Positions 33,689-35,604 of a stretch of DNA of 35,604 nucleotides are shown in pieces. The stretch is from the NCBI GenBank assembly GCA_000934665.2, contig JYFJ02000982.1:62001-97604 (forward strand), written 5' to 3'. The stretch comes from Catajapyx aquilonaris. Lineage: Eukaryota. The position numbers and the translations under genes are program-made. Every line of letters starts with the position of its first letter. Positions within the stretch are counted from its first letter, which is position 1. The notes beneath the pieces were generated by a model. That model saw only the letters and a program-made list of their open reading frames with translations, was not told the origin of the DNA and did not search any database.

Positions 33689-35604
33689 GTGAGTATTCAA
33701 ATTTCCCGCCCTATTGTGCTCTGAAGCAGTGCTGCCAACAGAACGGCCAGACGCGTCCCGGACGCGCTCCGGACTTAAATGTTGGCATCCCTGCCTTTAT
33801 TTGCGCTGGCTCAACCGAATTGAAATCAACTTACATTTTAAAAATAATCAGCAAGTACAGTGTGTACCAAAATTTCTGTACTGGACATGTTTCTGGATAA
33901 ATTATTTTGAATTGAAAATACGAGTTGTTCCGTTGTGTCCATTCTTTTCCTATTGGTTCAGATGGCTGGGGGTCAACCGCAGGTAAGTTCGGCCAGCACG
34001 TGCGGTCTGCAGTAAACAAATCGATGTCCAATCAATAGTCAGCGCCTAAACATCCGGTTTCCCCCCACTTTCGCCCGTGTATAGATGTATAGAAAGTGAT
34101 GCAAAGCTAAAGAGAGGGGAAACCCGGAAGTGCAGTGGAGCGGCCCAATAAAGCGGGGGCGCTCCCACCCACCCACAGCTCGATTCAGTGAACCCCTCCA
34201 ACAAACCTCCCGCTCGCAAAATCGCAACATTAGAGTTTACACACACAAAAAATTGTGGTTTTGAGGAAATAGCATTACTTTTTCAATATTTTGTATCCGG
34301 TACTAGAGAATCGGTCGTGCTGGTGTCCAGGTGGGCCAAACAGGTCCTAAAATCGGATCAGCATGCGAGAAACCCCTGAACTTTTTGTAGGGCATAACAT
34401 CTAGGATCAATCGGATGTAATATACTGCACAAATTTAAGGTTAATCTCTAAATGAGATATAAACAAATTTTTAAACAAAAAAATAGTGCGAATCCGCGAT
34501 ATGATAAGCTGAGGAGAAAAACACGTTAACCTCCACATTTGTCAATTTTGAGTTCCAACCAACATTAGCAAATGAACTACTTTTGCAATAATAATCTTGT
34601 CCGTCTTTTGAACAAAGCAAAAAAAGGGCTGCTCAGAAGCAGTGCGCCAACATTTTGAAGAAAAACATGTTAACCGCCAGCAACATGATCACATGTGCCA
34701 CGGCGTTTGTTTTCCGACAAAAACTCGCAACAAGAAAATATGTAAAAAAAATACTAATAAATAAAATTTAGCAAAAAATATCAACAAATAAATTAGCATG
34801 GAATATCAATGAATAAATAAAATTGGCAATGCACTGTTACTTATATGGCCATTGAAATTGAAATGTTGTTACAATTAAACCCAGTAAATAAAATCGGGCT
34901 GGATTTGCGCTTGTTAATAATAATTGGCAGAAACTAACCGTTAATAACGAGAGTAATTCGACCAGATTTTGTTGTACCGAGTTAATTCATGGCAAACCTT
35001 TGGTAGATCCCAAGGAAATTCCGAGTGAATCTATATAGTCCCTTGGTTAATTCGTGGTGATATGAGTTAAGCCAGGTGGGAATCTGAAACATTTAGGGGA
35101 ACAAATTCTAGGAGAATCCGGAGTAAATCCCAAGGAATGTACGTTCAGGTAAATTAAGATACAAATTGAGATTTGCTATAGGTTAAAATGTCTGGTGAAA
35201 TCGATCGTCCCAGGCAAATTTTTAGGATGATCCAATGTATCATCAGTTGAGTTTAAGGGGAGATAATTCGACTCGAAAAAATTTAAATTAAGTAGGTTAC
35301 ATGATTAACAACATACGCAAGAAATGTGCTCCTTTTTGAAGCCAAGTCAAGCCACATTTCCCTCGTTATTAATTGGCCACTCTACCCAAAACGAATGGCC
35401 CAAACTTTTGCACACAAAACTTTGCAATATTTTTCTGCATTTCCTCCCTCTAGGCATTTCCTCTTTTTCTTTTCTTTCTTTTAAAAATTCGGAGGCATAA
35501 ATATAAGATGTGGTTCGTCCCACATTTCCTTCGGCTTAATCGGGTTGTGCGGAACTTCCGGGGATGCTCCAGGAGTTTCTCCTGTAGGTTGGAAGGGAGG
35601 GAGG

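Noticed and set aside
33728..33793. Tiny hAT-like inverted repeat cagtgctgccaac / gttggcatccctg in the SIFaR intron
   Set aside because: Only an 11/13 match, 66 bp long and no TSD; insufficient support.

Overview
Eukaryotic, insect-type genomic DNA with short spliceosomal introns. Bases 1-27,000 hold a head-to-tail (+ strand) tandem array of 15 cytosolic glutathione S-transferase genes plus 2 pseudogene remnants: 11 Delta/Epsilon-type paralogs (the first is cut by the window edge), one 'unclassified' GSTu1-type gene and three divergent Delta/Epsilon-fold genes. All share the same three core intron positions and phases. An AT-rich, repeat-rich spacer follows (hAT-derived element, tRNA-derived SINE, microsatellites), then the first coding exon of a SIFamide-receptor-type GPCR. 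The main novelty candidate is that four of the GSTs replace the class-defining catalytic Ser with Cys (CPFS, CPFC, CPNS, CPFC). The change appears to have arisen at least twice, which suggests thiol-transferase/deglutathionylase-type enzymes evolving inside a Ser-GST detoxification cluster. One of these genes also carries an unusual Cys-rich C-domain segment. Exon coordinates were derived by hand from splice sites and homology; no database searches were run.
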